Origin: a virus
Virus record (IMG/VR): IMGVR_UViG_3300033149_001989
Coordinates: 1-64,000 of that record
DNA: 64,000 nt
Reading direction: 5' to 3' (one strand)
Every line of letters begins with the position of its first letter. The first letter of the stretch is position 1. The notes below the pieces were generated by a model. That model was not told where the DNA came from. It searched no databases and worked only from the letters and a program-made list of their open reading frames with translations. Positions 40,135-48,707 of this stretch are shown one piece after another. The translations under genes were made by a program, and so were the position numbers.

Positions 40135-40725
40135 TTATACACGAGGTTTCCTAACAGAATTTCCTAACACCTTCTTTTTTGACACAGTTTTATCCATCTC
40201 TCTTTTTAAATGCTCAACATCGGAATCTGTGTACAAAATAAGTTTACCGCAGCGTTTACCTTTATTCAAATCCATTGGCAAATCCAGATGAGTTCCCCTG
40301 AACTTGTGCCGTCCATTTTTTATTTCACGCCAGTATTTACCACTCTCTGTATTTACAAATGCATGAATATTGAATTTGAACCCTCGGTAATAAATAACAT
40401 AATCTACCCCGCAAATATCAATTTTTTCGTCATACAAAACCTTCTTGAAATGTTTTCTAAGGATATATCCTAAATGATATTCCCGAACATATGACAAATA
40501 AGCTCTTTTTAATCTTGAGGTCAATCCTTTTAATTTTATTTTGGGATAAGTAGATTTGAACTCGTTTATAAATTCTTCTTGGGTTGGTGGAATTTCATCT
40601 TTAATTAAATTTCTAAATGTTGTTAACATAAAAGGAAGGGATTTATTTTCTACCTCAGACCCACGAAATTTCGGCTTGCTTATCTTGTACTTTGAAAGGA
40701 CAACCTCTAATTCCTCGATGTCCAT
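40135..40725 (-). CDS. TaqI-like restriction-fold endonuclease
   Basis: GLTSRLKRAYLSYVREYH...DICGVDYVI resembles the remembered TaqI segment GLEARLYRT...DAQGIDALI. Confidence 0.55.
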   Translation of the reverse strand: MDIEELEVVLSKYKISKPKFRGSEVENKSLPFMLTTFRNLIKDEIPPTQEEFINEFKSTYPKIKLKGLTSRLKRAYLSYVREYHLGYILRKHFKKVLYDEKIDICGVDYVIYYRGFKFNIHAFVNTESGKYWREIKNGRHKFRGTHLDLPMDLNKGKRCGKLILYTDSDVEHLKREMDKTVSKKKVLGNSVRKPRV

Positions 40726-40967
40726 AACTTTCTCCGATAGGCACAAAAAACCCGCAAGTAAACTGTCTTTGTTTACTAGGGTCACCTTCATCTTCTTCTG
40801 GATAACCTTTAGTGACACCTCTTGTGTCACAGTCATCGCATTTCCAAACTGACCTGTTAGAAGCAATGTGTGTGTATAGGTATCTCATCGGTTTCTTACA
40901 AACAGGACATCTCGGAACATTGCTAAATCTAATTGCTTTATTTTCCACTGGTCCCTTATGGGCGGTA

Positions 40968-41153
40968 TCATTCTTGTTTTTTGGCCTTTTCTTTATATAA
41001 ATCATCCCGCTGCTCAGGCGTTAGTTTCCTGAATGCTTCGAAACAATTATTTTTGGTAAAACACGAAAATCTAAATAGGCACTTGTTGCACAGATTCGTG
41101 CCGAGAAAAGGTTGGTCTCCCCTTAGTAATGCTGCGTTGTTCATTTGAACCAT
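40968..41153 (-). CDS. Small protein with CxxCxxRFxCxT motif
   Basis: CNKCLFRFSCFT; TAAGGA RBS. Confidence 0.6.
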   Translation of the reverse strand: MVQMNNAALLRGDQPFLGTNLCNKCLFRFSCFTKNNCFEAFRKLTPEQRDDLYKEKAKKQE

Positions 41154-41352
41154 TCCTTAATCGCCAACGTTTCTCCCTTAGCGTCTTAACTCTTTTATTA
41201 ATACCCTCTGCGGGAAAGGTAATTACTAAATCGCCATTTGACGTATAACATTTATATCTCAAAGCGCACCCATCACAATTAGTACAGTCGCACCAGAAAG
41301 AATCGTATTGTTTACCATTTGTATCTCGGATGAGTATTTGTCTACACTTCAT
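41071..41352 (-). CDS. Small protein with CxxCxxRYxCxT motif
   Basis: WCDCTNCDGCALRYKCYT; ATGA overlap with the upstream gene. Confidence 0.6.
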   Translation of the reverse strand: MKCRQILIRDTNGKQYDSFWCDCTNCDGCALRYKCYTSNGDLVITFPAEGINKRVKTLREKRWRLRNGSNEQRSITKGRPTFSRHESVQQVPI

Positions 41353-41813
41353 TGGTTTCTGTGTCGGCAGCACTCACTAACATCAATAAATGGAATCTCG
41401 TCAACTAAACCATTATATCCGTGAATAAGTTCTTGTAATTGGTCTTCATTCATATTCGATAATTCAGCAGAATCAATCATATGTATAATATTATCACGCA
41501 ATTCCCTGGCTTCTAAATAAATCTGATGAATACGGGTATCTTTCCAAGGTGCTATATCATTTAATAGTTTTTCTTGGTAAGATTTAATATCATTTATTTT
41601 ACCCTCATCGAATAAGGATACCGCAACGTTATGTGCCCACCTATTATCATTAAATCTACTTGATTGTGCAGGATAGTGTAGTAGCGTTGTCTCTTCAACA
41701 AATTTTACTTTGTGGCGACGGTGCATATTGCTTATCGCTTGAAACGTAGCGTAGGTACGTCTCTTCAATACAGAGTCAGGTCTACCGAATAATTTCATTG
41801 TTTTCCTTTTCAT
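41349..41813 (-). CDS. Hypothetical protein
   Basis: 154 aa, AGGAG RBS directly after the tmRNA. Confidence 0.65.
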   Translation of the reverse strand: MKRKTMKLFGRPDSVLKRRTYATFQAISNMHRRHKVKFVEETTLLHYPAQSSRFNDNRWAHNVAVSLFDEGKINDIKSYQEKLLNDIAPWKDTRIHQIYLEARELRDNIIHMIDSAELSNMNEDQLQELIHGYNGLVDEIPFIDVSECCRHRNQ

Positions 41814-41824
41814 TATATCTCCTG

Positions 41825-42164
41825 TGGAGGTGGGGAAGGGTCGAACTTCCCGTCCAATATGTCTCCCATTATAATTTCTACAGGTTTAGTTACTTTTTCA
41901 ATTTTCGAAAGGTTTTAGAAAGCAACATCTAAAACTCTCTAGCTTAATTATTTTTACAGTCTTATTAAGCAGCGACTGGTTCTGCTGAGAAACTTTCTTC
42001 TATAACAGCCTCAGCGTCACCGTTGTAGAAGAGTAGCCCTTCATCGAGAACTACGATAAGTACTGATTTCTCAGTTATTTTTTGTGGGCTGTTTTTAATC
42101 TGTTCCCACCTAAGATTACCTGCTTATATAATAAGCCAACACATTGTCGAATCCATGCACCCCC
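41825..42164 (-). ncRNA. ssrA: tmRNA (ssrA)
   Basis: 5' GGGGGTGCATGGATTCGAC; 3' GGAAG-TTCGACC-CTTCC T-arm and CACCTCCA; acceptor stem has the G3-U alanine determinant; internal tag ORF after ATAACT ends VAA-TAA-TAA. Confidence 0.95.
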
Positions 42165-42263
42165 GTGTTATCTATGCTCTGCTAAGGTATCCCGAACTAT
42201 TTTAAAATAACGGGATAGGACATTTCTGCATTTCTTATTTCAAAAATATTTTTATTTTTACCC

Positions 42264-42304
42264 CTATATATACTATATCAGTTTTATCCGACTTTGACCA
42301 GTTT
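42264..42304 (-). promoter_or_regulatory. Putative phage-specific promoter upstream of tmRNA
   Basis: AAACTGGTCAAA-N12-TGATATAGTATAT, matching 14641-14678. Confidence 0.45.
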
Positions 42305-42311
42305 AAACTAG

Positions 42312-42719
42312 TCATAAATTAACAAATTTCTTTTGTTTCGTGCTTTTTTCTCGCCAAACGTTTATCAAGTCTATGTCATCTGGTTTTAAACTAAAGATAA
42401 AGTCGAAAAGTAACATATCAAATTCGTTTGAGACATAAATGTCGGGCAAAGCAAGTACATCTGTCCCGACATCCAGCACGGGTTCCTTACTTTCAGGACC
42501 ATCAATGTAAATACCTATACAATTCTTTCTAATGACTATTTCAGCCTTAAATTGATAGTTTTTTTGTAATGGCTCAATTGGAATTGGTAAGAACATCTCA
42601 CCACTCCAGGGAAGACGTTTTAGAGTACGTTGAGCTATTGTTACTTCGTTAAGTAATTTATCATCAATGGTTAATTTATAGGGTTCACCAAAAACCCCAC
42701 ACACAAATAATGTTTTCAT
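42312..42719 (-). CDS. Hypothetical protein
   Basis: 135 aa; ATGA overlap with the upstream gene. Confidence 0.6.
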   Translation of the reverse strand: MKTLFVCGVFGEPYKLTIDDKLLNEVTIAQRTLKRLPWSGEMFLPIPIEPLQKNYQFKAEIVIRKNCIGIYIDGPESKEPVLDVGTDVLALPDIYVSNEFDMLLFDFIFSLKPDDIDLINVWREKSTKQKKFVNL

Positions 42720-42913
42720 TTTCTTCTAGCCTTCTCAACTATAATACCGATGTCACCAATCTTCTTACATTTAAACCACTCTCTAGCTGTGACAAATATG
42801 TATTTGTCACGACACGTCATACACCGAAAACGAAGCAAGCAAGAGGCACACTCACCGTGACACCAAGAATAACTGATGTATTTATCATCTTCAGTAACTA
42901 ATCTTCTAATCAT
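42716..42913 (-). CDS. Small protein with CxxCxxRFxCxT motif
   Basis: WCHGECASCLLRFRCMT; directly downstream of a consensus promoter. Confidence 0.65.
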   Translation of the reverse strand: MIRRLVTEDDKYISYSWCHGECASCLLRFRCMTCRDKYIFVTAREWFKCKKIGDIGIIVEKARRK

Positions 42914-42925
42914 CTTCCCATTATA

Positions 42926-42954
42926 ATTATATCATACGAAGGCAAAGTTGTCAA
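42926..42954 (-). promoter_or_regulatory. Sigma70 promoter
   Basis: TTGACA-17-TATAAT with TG extension. Confidence 0.85.
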
Positions 42955-43028
42955 GCCTTAAACGTAGGTTTTTATATATAAGTGCCGACATTACGGAACG
43001 AAGTTTGAAAAAATTTTTATAATTTTGG

Positions 43029-43052
43029 GAATGGGACGGCAAGTTTAAAAAT
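43029..43052 (+). repeat. Direct repeat copy 1 GAATGGGACGGCAAGTTTAAAAAT
   Basis: Matches 47901-47925 with one extra A in the second copy. Confidence 0.8.
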
Positions 43053-43451
43053 TGTTCTTATTGCGTGAGATGACCACAACAACGTGAAGATGTGCCACCC
43101 GCCCTATTTTTTAACGCTGGGGCGGGCGGCTATCTCAGTTCCAAGTATCATATAAGTCTTTACCGTCAATACGTAGGTAAAGATTTAAGGTGTCAACGTA
43201 ATAGGTATGCTGTTTTGTGATTAAGTCACAAAGTAATGTTAGGTAATCAAAAGTAGACAAAAACATAAATCACCCCCGTTTTTTGGTTTTACTTTGTCGC
43301 ATAGCATTTAAATCCTCTACTTGCTTTTTGTGAATTATACAAGTATTGCAATTCTTGTGTTTGCAATCTAAACAAGACATAAAGCACCTCTCATTTTTTA
43401 TTGCTAGTTTCATTTTATAGTCTCGAAACTAGCAAACTGTGACTATAGAGG

Positions 43452-44078
43452 TTAGCTAGGTTCGTCTTGGTTTTCAGCTAGGATGCGAGCTTGCGCATCA
43501 GTATCACTTTTTAATTTAATCTCAGGTGTATCAAGACTATCGTCACGGTATCCTGACCGTTTACTTATAGGTATCTTCCTTGGTGAATACTGATAACGCA
43601 ATTTTTTGCTTCCATCTTCCCATCCAGCTATGTGGACTGATAGTAATTTGGGTTTTGACTTGTCTACCACATGGGGAGAATGAATCATCGTCATCCCACC
43701 AATACCATCAAAAGCTGATATTAAATTGTCTGTTAGGGTAGTTGCGGTTTTAGCAACTTCTTTGAAGAGTACTATCATTTGTTTTGAAGACAATTTAACA
43801 TCACCCCGTTGAAATTTAATTGCTGTATTGATGGGTGCAAGAAAATCTTGCGTTTCGATAATTAAATTGTCTCTTGTTTGCTGGTCTTGCTCTCTCTTAC
43901 CACTATTAGATGGTTTATTGAGAGCACTGATAGCATTAAGGTACTCTTCGAACTCAATTCCGAAAATTTTAGCATCTTCAGCTTGACGCTTGGTAATATC
44001 AGCTTCAGTAACCCCGTCAATCTTTGCTAGGTTTTCGTATTCTTTGCGTTTTCTACCTAGTGTTGACTTGCTTATCAT
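43452..44078 (-). CDS. Hypothetical protein
   Basis: Start MISKST after a GGAGAGG RBS; about 208 aa. Confidence 0.65.
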   Translation of the reverse strand: MISKSTLGRKRKEYENLAKIDGVTEADITKRQAEDAKIFGIEFEEYLNAISALNKPSNSGKREQDQQTRDNLIIETQDFLAPINTAIKFQRGDVKLSSKQMIVLFKEVAKTATTLTDNLISAFDGIGGMTMIHSPHVVDKSKPKLLSVHIAGWEDGSKKLRYQYSPRKIPISKRSGYRDDSLDTPEIKLKSDTDAQARILAENQDEPS

Positions 44079-44274
44079 TTTATTACCTCTCCGTTTAGTT
44101 TTATCAATTTTACTACTTTGGTAGTCATTCACCTAGCATTGATTTACTAGCTTGGTACCAGTATAGCAAACTGGACTCAGTATCTCTACTGATAGCTTTA
44201 TGTTGCTTACTCTTACCTTTGCAACTAGGTTTATTGTTTTATCATTCATACTCCATATTTTTTATTCTACTCCA

Positions 44275-44303
44275 ATTATAAAGGATAATTCTTAATTTGT
44301 CAA
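44275..44303 (-). promoter_or_regulatory. Sigma70 promoter
   Basis: TTGACA-17-TATAAT. Confidence 0.85.
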
Positions 44304-44811
44304 GTGGTTTTTAGGGTTTTTTGGACTAATTTTAAAAAATTCGCTAAAAATCTAGCAAGGAGTAGCTGCTGGTTTTATACATATTTTCGTATGTCAAATT
44401 GGTACAAAAGCCATGGTATAGAACAACGAACAGGCAAAAATGCCCGAACCAGAACAACCAAACAGAACTGGCACCCCCTCTCGGCTAGTCGGCTATTGTC
44501 GGCTTCATGCTGAGTAGCAAAAATGCCGTAGATGATAAAAAATATGGCAAATATGCCAATGGTTGAACGGAAACAAACTATCAAGACTAGACTGTATTTT
44601 CAGGCTCAAATCTATTTATTTACACCCAAAAAACACTTCGCACAAAAAATTGCTACATCATGCTCTTCTACAAATTCGCCGTTTTCAATAATAGCAAAAT
44701 TGCCTGAGCTAGAATAACCAAGTTTTACTATATGGCAATTCTGCCAGATTGTAGAACAGCAGAGGGCAATGAGTTTTCGTACTACCCTCTAACTTTGTGG
44801 TGATTTTTTAT

Positions 44812-45102
44812 TTACTTACTTACCCAAAATTCACATTCCGCATCATCATCTATCCATTCTAGTGGTAATACCCAGACATAACCTTGCTTGTCAAATAGGA
44901 TTAGGTTATTAGAGTCATCAAATGTAGCACAACGTTTACGAGAGTTACATTTTATCTCCGCATTTATGATGGTATTAGGAAGATACGGAATTTTACCTTG
45001 CTCATACCAAAGTTTTGCTACTTTGTCACATTCTATATTGTTTTTGCAATTGTGACACTGACCTGACTCCTTTCTGGTAAATTTACTGTCTATGTAGTCC
45101 AT
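44812..45102 (-). CDS. Cys-rich hypothetical protein
   Basis: AGGAGGT RBS directly downstream of a promoter. Confidence 0.7.
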   Translation of the reverse strand: MDYIDSKFTRKESGQCHNCKNNIECDKVAKLWYEQGKIPYLPNTIINAEIKCNSRKRCATFDDSNNLILFDKQGYVWVLPLEWIDDDAECEFWVSK

Positions 45103-45127
45103 TACTACACCTCCTATATTTTCTTAC

Positions 45128-45156
45128 ATTATACCATAGTACATAATATTTGTCAA
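45128..45156 (-). promoter_or_regulatory. Sigma70 promoter
   Basis: TTGACA-17-TATAAT with TG extension. Confidence 0.88.
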
Positions 45157-45317
45157 GTTAAATTTGTGGCATACTTTCGGCTATTGATTATCAGAGGCAA
45201 TAATGCCTAATTGCAGTAAGGGCAAATATGCCTGGAGATGAACGGCATTCAATTTAAATTTGGGTACTATTGCCAAAGGGCTGAACAGGCAATATGGGAT
45301 TGGCGCCTTGGGCACTA

Positions 45318-45342
45318 AGAAAGGGGCGAAAAGCCCCTTTCT
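45318..45342. terminator. Intrinsic terminator hairpin
   Basis: AGAAAGGGGC-GAAAA-GCCCCTTTCT perfect stem. Confidence 0.7.
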
Positions 45343-45408
45343 CAAACCCAATATATCTTTACTTAATCGGCGGAACTCACCTCCCTTCTACTAGCAGTCA
45401 GGTGCCGC

Positions 45409-45612
45409 TTACTTGACCTTCACCACAACACCGTCACGTACCTCTACCTGAGCATACCAACGGTGTGGCTCTGGATAGTGAGGACCTTCCACAAATTCGA
45501 TACCGTTCTCTTTGGGGGTTCCTAAGCCAGGAGCATACAAAGTAATCTTGTCCCCACGTGCCACAGCTTCCTTGAATGCTTTTTTGTTTTTGAAGTTAAT
45601 GCTTGTATACAT
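45409..45612 (-). CDS. Small phage hypothetical protein
   Basis: AAAGGAG RBS; NFKNKKAFKEAV...VEGPHYPEPHRWYAQV resembles a recurrent phage family. Confidence 0.75.
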   Translation of the reverse strand: MYTSINFKNKKAFKEAVARGDKITLYAPGLGTPKENGIEFVEGPHYPEPHRWYAQVEVRDGVVVKVK

Positions 45613-45628
45613 TTTATAACTCCTTTCT

Positions 45629-45841
45629 TCATTTAATGTGGTCTGCCATAAAATCCCAATGCTCTTTGAAGACTTTACTGCCAGCTTTGTGCTTGCGGTT
45701 GCATTTGGTACAGAAGTAGGATTTAATAGCAGGTTTTGCCCTCTCTTCTGCTATCGCTTTGTCAACCTGAGCCTGACGCTCTGCAAGCATCTCTTTGGTC
45801 GGGTGTGCCGCATACCAATCTTCCTTCTTCCAGATCCTCAT
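45629..45841 (-). CDS. Small zinc-finger protein (possibly leaderless)
   Basis: CTKCNRKH...H motif; ATG about 10 nt after the -10 box. Confidence 0.6.
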   Translation of the reverse strand: MRIWKKEDWYAAHPTKEMLAERQAQVDKAIAEERAKPAIKSYFCTKCNRKHKAGSKVFKEHWDFMADHIK

Positions 45842-45851
45842 TGTTACTTAC

Positions 45852-45880
45852 ATTGTAACATATAGCCCGAAATTTGTCAA
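45852..45880 (-). promoter_or_regulatory. Sigma70 promoter
   Basis: TTGACA-17-TACAAT with TG extension. Confidence 0.8.
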
Positions 45881-46020
45881 GTCCCACTTGAATGCCAGGA
45901 GCTGTTATTAGGACAAAATTGCCAGACCAAATAAAAGGCAATAGTGCCCAGGACTGAACAGGAGATAGGCTCCGCTTTCCAGCTCTCTGACTGGATTAAA
46001 GCAAATCCTATCTTCAAGTG

Positions 46021-46176
46021 CTAGGCTTTTGTGACAGTTAACTTTATCTTATCAGGGTTGCCAAGCTCAGCGACTTCCGTCTTAAGGAGATAAAGCTGTT
46101 TAGGATGACCGTCTGACTGTTCGGCAAACCTGATGGTATTCTTGGTTACTTTGTCTTTGTATAGTATAACTTCCAT
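46021..46176 (-). CDS. 51-aa protein missing from the ORF track (MEVILYKDKVTKNTIRFAEQ...IKLTVTKA)
   Basis: AAGGAG RBS, ATG start and TAG stop, followed by a GAAGATAGG...CCTATCTCC hairpin. Confidence 0.7.
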   Translation of the reverse strand: MEVILYKDKVTKNTIRFAEQSDGHPKQLYLLKTEVAELGNPDKIKLTVTKA

Positions 46177-46330
46177 CTAACTCCTTCCTTGCCAGTGAGT
46201 GACAGGTGGGATAGCAATTACACCATTCACCACAGTAATGACACCCAAGCGGGCAATTATTGACTGGTGTTGCGTTTTTAATAATTTTCATTTTAACCCC
46301 CGATAACTCCGATTGCTAATGGTGCCTCCC

Positions 46331-46525
46331 TTACAAAGATTTCAACACTGACTTGAGAGCATCAGCATCTTTGCACGCCTGAGCAATTGCTTGCTGCTTA
46401 TGCTGGAGACTACAAAAGTTAAAACCATTTGGCTCATTATGAATAGCAAGACCAAGTATGGCTCTAACACTGATAGTCAACTTGTTGAGCGTGCCGTTAA
46501 GAGCAAGTTCATCGTTATTAGTCAT
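46331..46525 (-). CDS. Hypothetical protein
   Basis: AAAGGAGG RBS. Confidence 0.65.
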   Translation of the reverse strand: MTNNDELALNGTLNKLTISVRAILGLAIHNEPNGFNFCSLQHKQQAIAQACKDADALKSVLKSL

Positions 46526-46601
46526 TGGCTTCCTCCTTTCCCTATGTTATTTATCACACCGTAAAATATCACAGTAAATAGCGACAACTAACAACAAATA
46601 T

Positions 46602-46913
46602 CTACGAAATCGGCGCATTTTTCTTCAACTCCTGACAAATTTTACAATGGCGAGATAAATTCTTCTCCCGTTTCAGGCGTATCTCCCGATAACGTGCTTC
46701 CTGTTTTGTGGGATAGGTTTCTACTAGTCCTATCTGAAAGTCACATCCCTTATCAAGAGCATATCTGACTAACATTGAACCTGTCCCGTTACGATGTTTC
46801 TTGATACGCTCACTAACACCTAAACTGGTATATCCTATATAGTGTCTAGCATTACTCCAATAACGTTTATCAAAATGTAGAATATAGACCTGATTTTCTC
46901 GTGGCTTATTCAT
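46602..46913 (-). CDS. Stand-alone GIY-YIG nuclease
   Basis: VYILHF...HYIGYT...ERIKKH...EIRLK. Confidence 0.8.
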   Translation of the reverse strand: MNKPRENQVYILHFDKRYWSNARHYIGYTSLGVSERIKKHRNGTGSMLVRYALDKGCDFQIGLVETYPTKQEARYREIRLKREKNLSRHCKICQELKKNAPIS

Positions 46914-47095
46914 TTGTCTAACTCCTTCTATGCTTGCTGGCTCGGTTTCACCTGACCATCTGGTTTGCTCGGCACCAAACTAGCCGAAATCACACATCCC
47001 CAGCAGTTTCCCGATTATCACACCATTTCTTTGCCCCCCAATCAGTAAGGTCATTGGAATTAGTCCACAATCTTCACACCTCTATATTCTCCCTT

Positions 47096-47124
47096 ATCCT
47101 ATCACAATGCCATAGATTTGTCAA
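47096..47124 (-). promoter_or_regulatory. Sigma70 promoter
   Basis: TTGACA-17-TAGGAT with TG extension. Confidence 0.7.
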
Positions 47125-47327
47125 GTACAACTTACACGCCCACCAAATTCGTTTGGCAAAATTGCCCCACAAAATGAGACGGTTCGAAGGCAAAAACACC
47201 GAGCAAATTTTATGGCTTTAATGCCAAAGACTGAACAGCACCTCGGTTCTTGGCTTTGTAAGAACTCCATCACAGTTTCGGCTGTTTTTGTAATGTTATC
47301 TAGTAAACATCTTATGCCTCCCTGTAT

Positions 47328-47624
47328 CTATTTAATTTTGTAATAGGCTATGTCTCCCTGTCTATTAACATTTATCATCGTAAGCCTGCTATTCTTAGCC
47401 CCCGATAAAATACTCACAACATCATCTTGCCTTAATGTCTTGAAGTTAGCATAACCTAGCGGTGATTTAGTCTTCTTCCAATGAGATATAGCCCTTGGAG
47501 TTAGTTCAAGGTTATTGGGAATGTCTGCCCAATCGAAGCAGAATTTAGTATCCCAATTACGAGACAAACCATGAGCATATTTGTGCCCCCTCTTTATTAT
47601 TACAACTTTACTCCACCGCTTCAC
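47328..47624 (-). CDS. Basic hypothetical protein
   Basis: GGGAGG RBS downstream of a promoter. Confidence 0.65.
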   Translation of the reverse strand: MKRWSKVVIIKRGHKYAHGLSRNWDTKFCFDWADIPNNLELTPRAISHWKKTKSPLGYANFKTLRQDDVVSILSGAKNSRLTMINVNRQGDIAYYKIK

Positions 47625-47658
47625 TTCTTTTTAAACCTCCCTTATCGCTTTAACATAC

Positions 47659-47687
47659 ATATTACCACAAGCCATTAAATAAGTCAA
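47659..47687 (-). promoter_or_regulatory. Sigma70 promoter
   Basis: TTGACT-17-TAATAT with TG extension. Confidence 0.7.
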
Positions 47688-47900
47688 GTTATATTTTTAA
47701 GCCTTCTTAAATACTCATCCTTACGGCAAAATAGCCATATAGAACAGGACTTAGAACCTGGCTTTTTACAATAGAGTAACTACGTGGCAATAATGTTAGA
47801 ACCGAACAAGCACGTGGGGCAGTAGTGTTATCTTTCTTCTTGTCCCCTAGGCAATAGTGTTGTATAGTAGAACAGCATATGTATTAGAATGGAACGTCAA

Positions 47901-47925
47901 GAATGGGACGGCAAAGTTTAAAAAT
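47901..47925 (+). repeat. Direct repeat copy 2 GAATGGGACGGCAAAGTTTAAAAAT
   Basis: Matches 43029-43052. Confidence 0.8.
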
Positions 47926-48204
47926 GACTCTCCACGAGGAGAAAACGTTGCTAGTCATACCCTATAAGGTGCCCTCTTTTGCCTATTATTACACGTCTTA
48001 CACAATACTCTGAAGCCGTTCTTATATGTAATACCATTAACGGTGTAATCATTAGGATAATTATTATCTCTAAGCCATCTATAAAAAGCAGCACTATCAC
48101 CATGTTTTAATTCTTCCCTATGTTGCTTGCCATATGCGTATTTATAGGGGTAGGATGGAATGCCAATTTACAAAACCAAATCCCACGACGGCTAGAACCT
48201 GTGC

Positions 48205-48233
48205 TTGACACTTTTCAGGCTTTATGATAAGAT
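48205..48233 (+). promoter_or_regulatory. Sigma70 promoter starting the plus-strand arm
   Basis: TTGACA-17-TAAGAT with TG extension. Confidence 0.8.
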
Positions 48234-48266
48234 ATATATGAAACTGAGGAAGGGAGATAATACCAA

Positions 48267-48680
48267 ATGGCACGAAAAGGTAAGCAATCTGAGATATACC
48301 ATTGTGACGGTTATTACTATCACAAGGTATGCCCCTCTCGTGGGGAAGAAGACCCTGCCGACATCCGTATTGACAGTCAAGGATGGGTTCGGCGTTCCCG
48401 TTGTATCTGTAAGACATTAGGACTGTCACCATTCTCTACACCAAAATACGAAATGTGCCCCCACTGTGTTGAATTCAAAAAATACTTTCGACACGCACCC
48501 GCTCATGACCGAGCCACTCTCATTGAGCGGACACCGTTCAAGGCAATCAGTTCGGATTACAAAGTGCAACGGGCGTGGAAAACCCAAAGGTCATTAGTGA
48601 AGTTTTTGGCAGACCATCCTACCTGTCATGGTGTAAATGTAAATACAGGACAAATTATCTATGCTAAAACAGTGGTGTAA
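48267..48680 (+). CDS. Cys-rich hypothetical protein
   Basis: AAGGGAG RBS; first gene after the promoter. Confidence 0.65.
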   Translation: MARKGKQSEIYHCDGYYYHKVCPSRGEEDPADIRIDSQGWVRRSRCICKTLGLSPFSTPKYEMCPHCVEFKKYFRHAPAHDRATLIERTPFKAISSDYKVQRAWKTQRSLVKFLADHPTCHGVNVNTGQIIYAKTVV

Positions 48681-48707
48681 AAAAGAAGAAGAAAGGAGAT
48701 AGCCAGA

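Larger units (their letters stand above)
44401..47876. repeat. Dispersed clusters of palindromic GGCA-N4-TGCC sites, many followed by GAAC(A/G)(G/A)
   Basis: Perfect copies start at 44433, 44546, 44734, 45196, 45221, 45937, 47155; near-copies at 44401, 44516, 44693, 45263, 45912, 47214, 47725, 47786, 47818, 47850. Confidence 0.8.

Noticed and set aside
356-41148. Numerous plus-strand ORFs of 60-165 aa in the left arm, and minus-strand ORFs in 48-64 kb
   Set aside because: They lie antisense to well-supported genes, lack RBSs and recognisable motifs; treated as shadow ORFs.
41825-41860. tRNA-like T-arm and acceptor end
   Set aside because: The matching 5' acceptor strand is 340 nt away with a tag ORF in between, so it is the tmRNA and not a tRNA.
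46034-46100. Long hairpin suggesting an ncRNA
   Set aside because: It falls within a convincing 51-aa ORF (46021-46176) with a strong RBS; no independent support for an RNA gene.
44812-46291. CHNCKNNIECD and CHYCGEWCNCY as further copies of the Cys micro-motif
   Set aside because: They have CX2CX5C spacing but lack the R-[FY] and terminal [TS] positions, so they were not counted.
44401-47876. CRISPR array or mini-array
   Set aside because: Repeats are only 12 bp, degenerate, irregularly spaced and interleaved with promoters and genes; no cas genes seen.
47890-47930. GGGACGGCAAAG resembles the GGGACGCAAAG core of c-di-GMP-I (GEMM) riboswitches
   Set aside because: No GNRA-capped P2 stem or P3 stem could be built around either copy; better explained as a DNA direct repeat.
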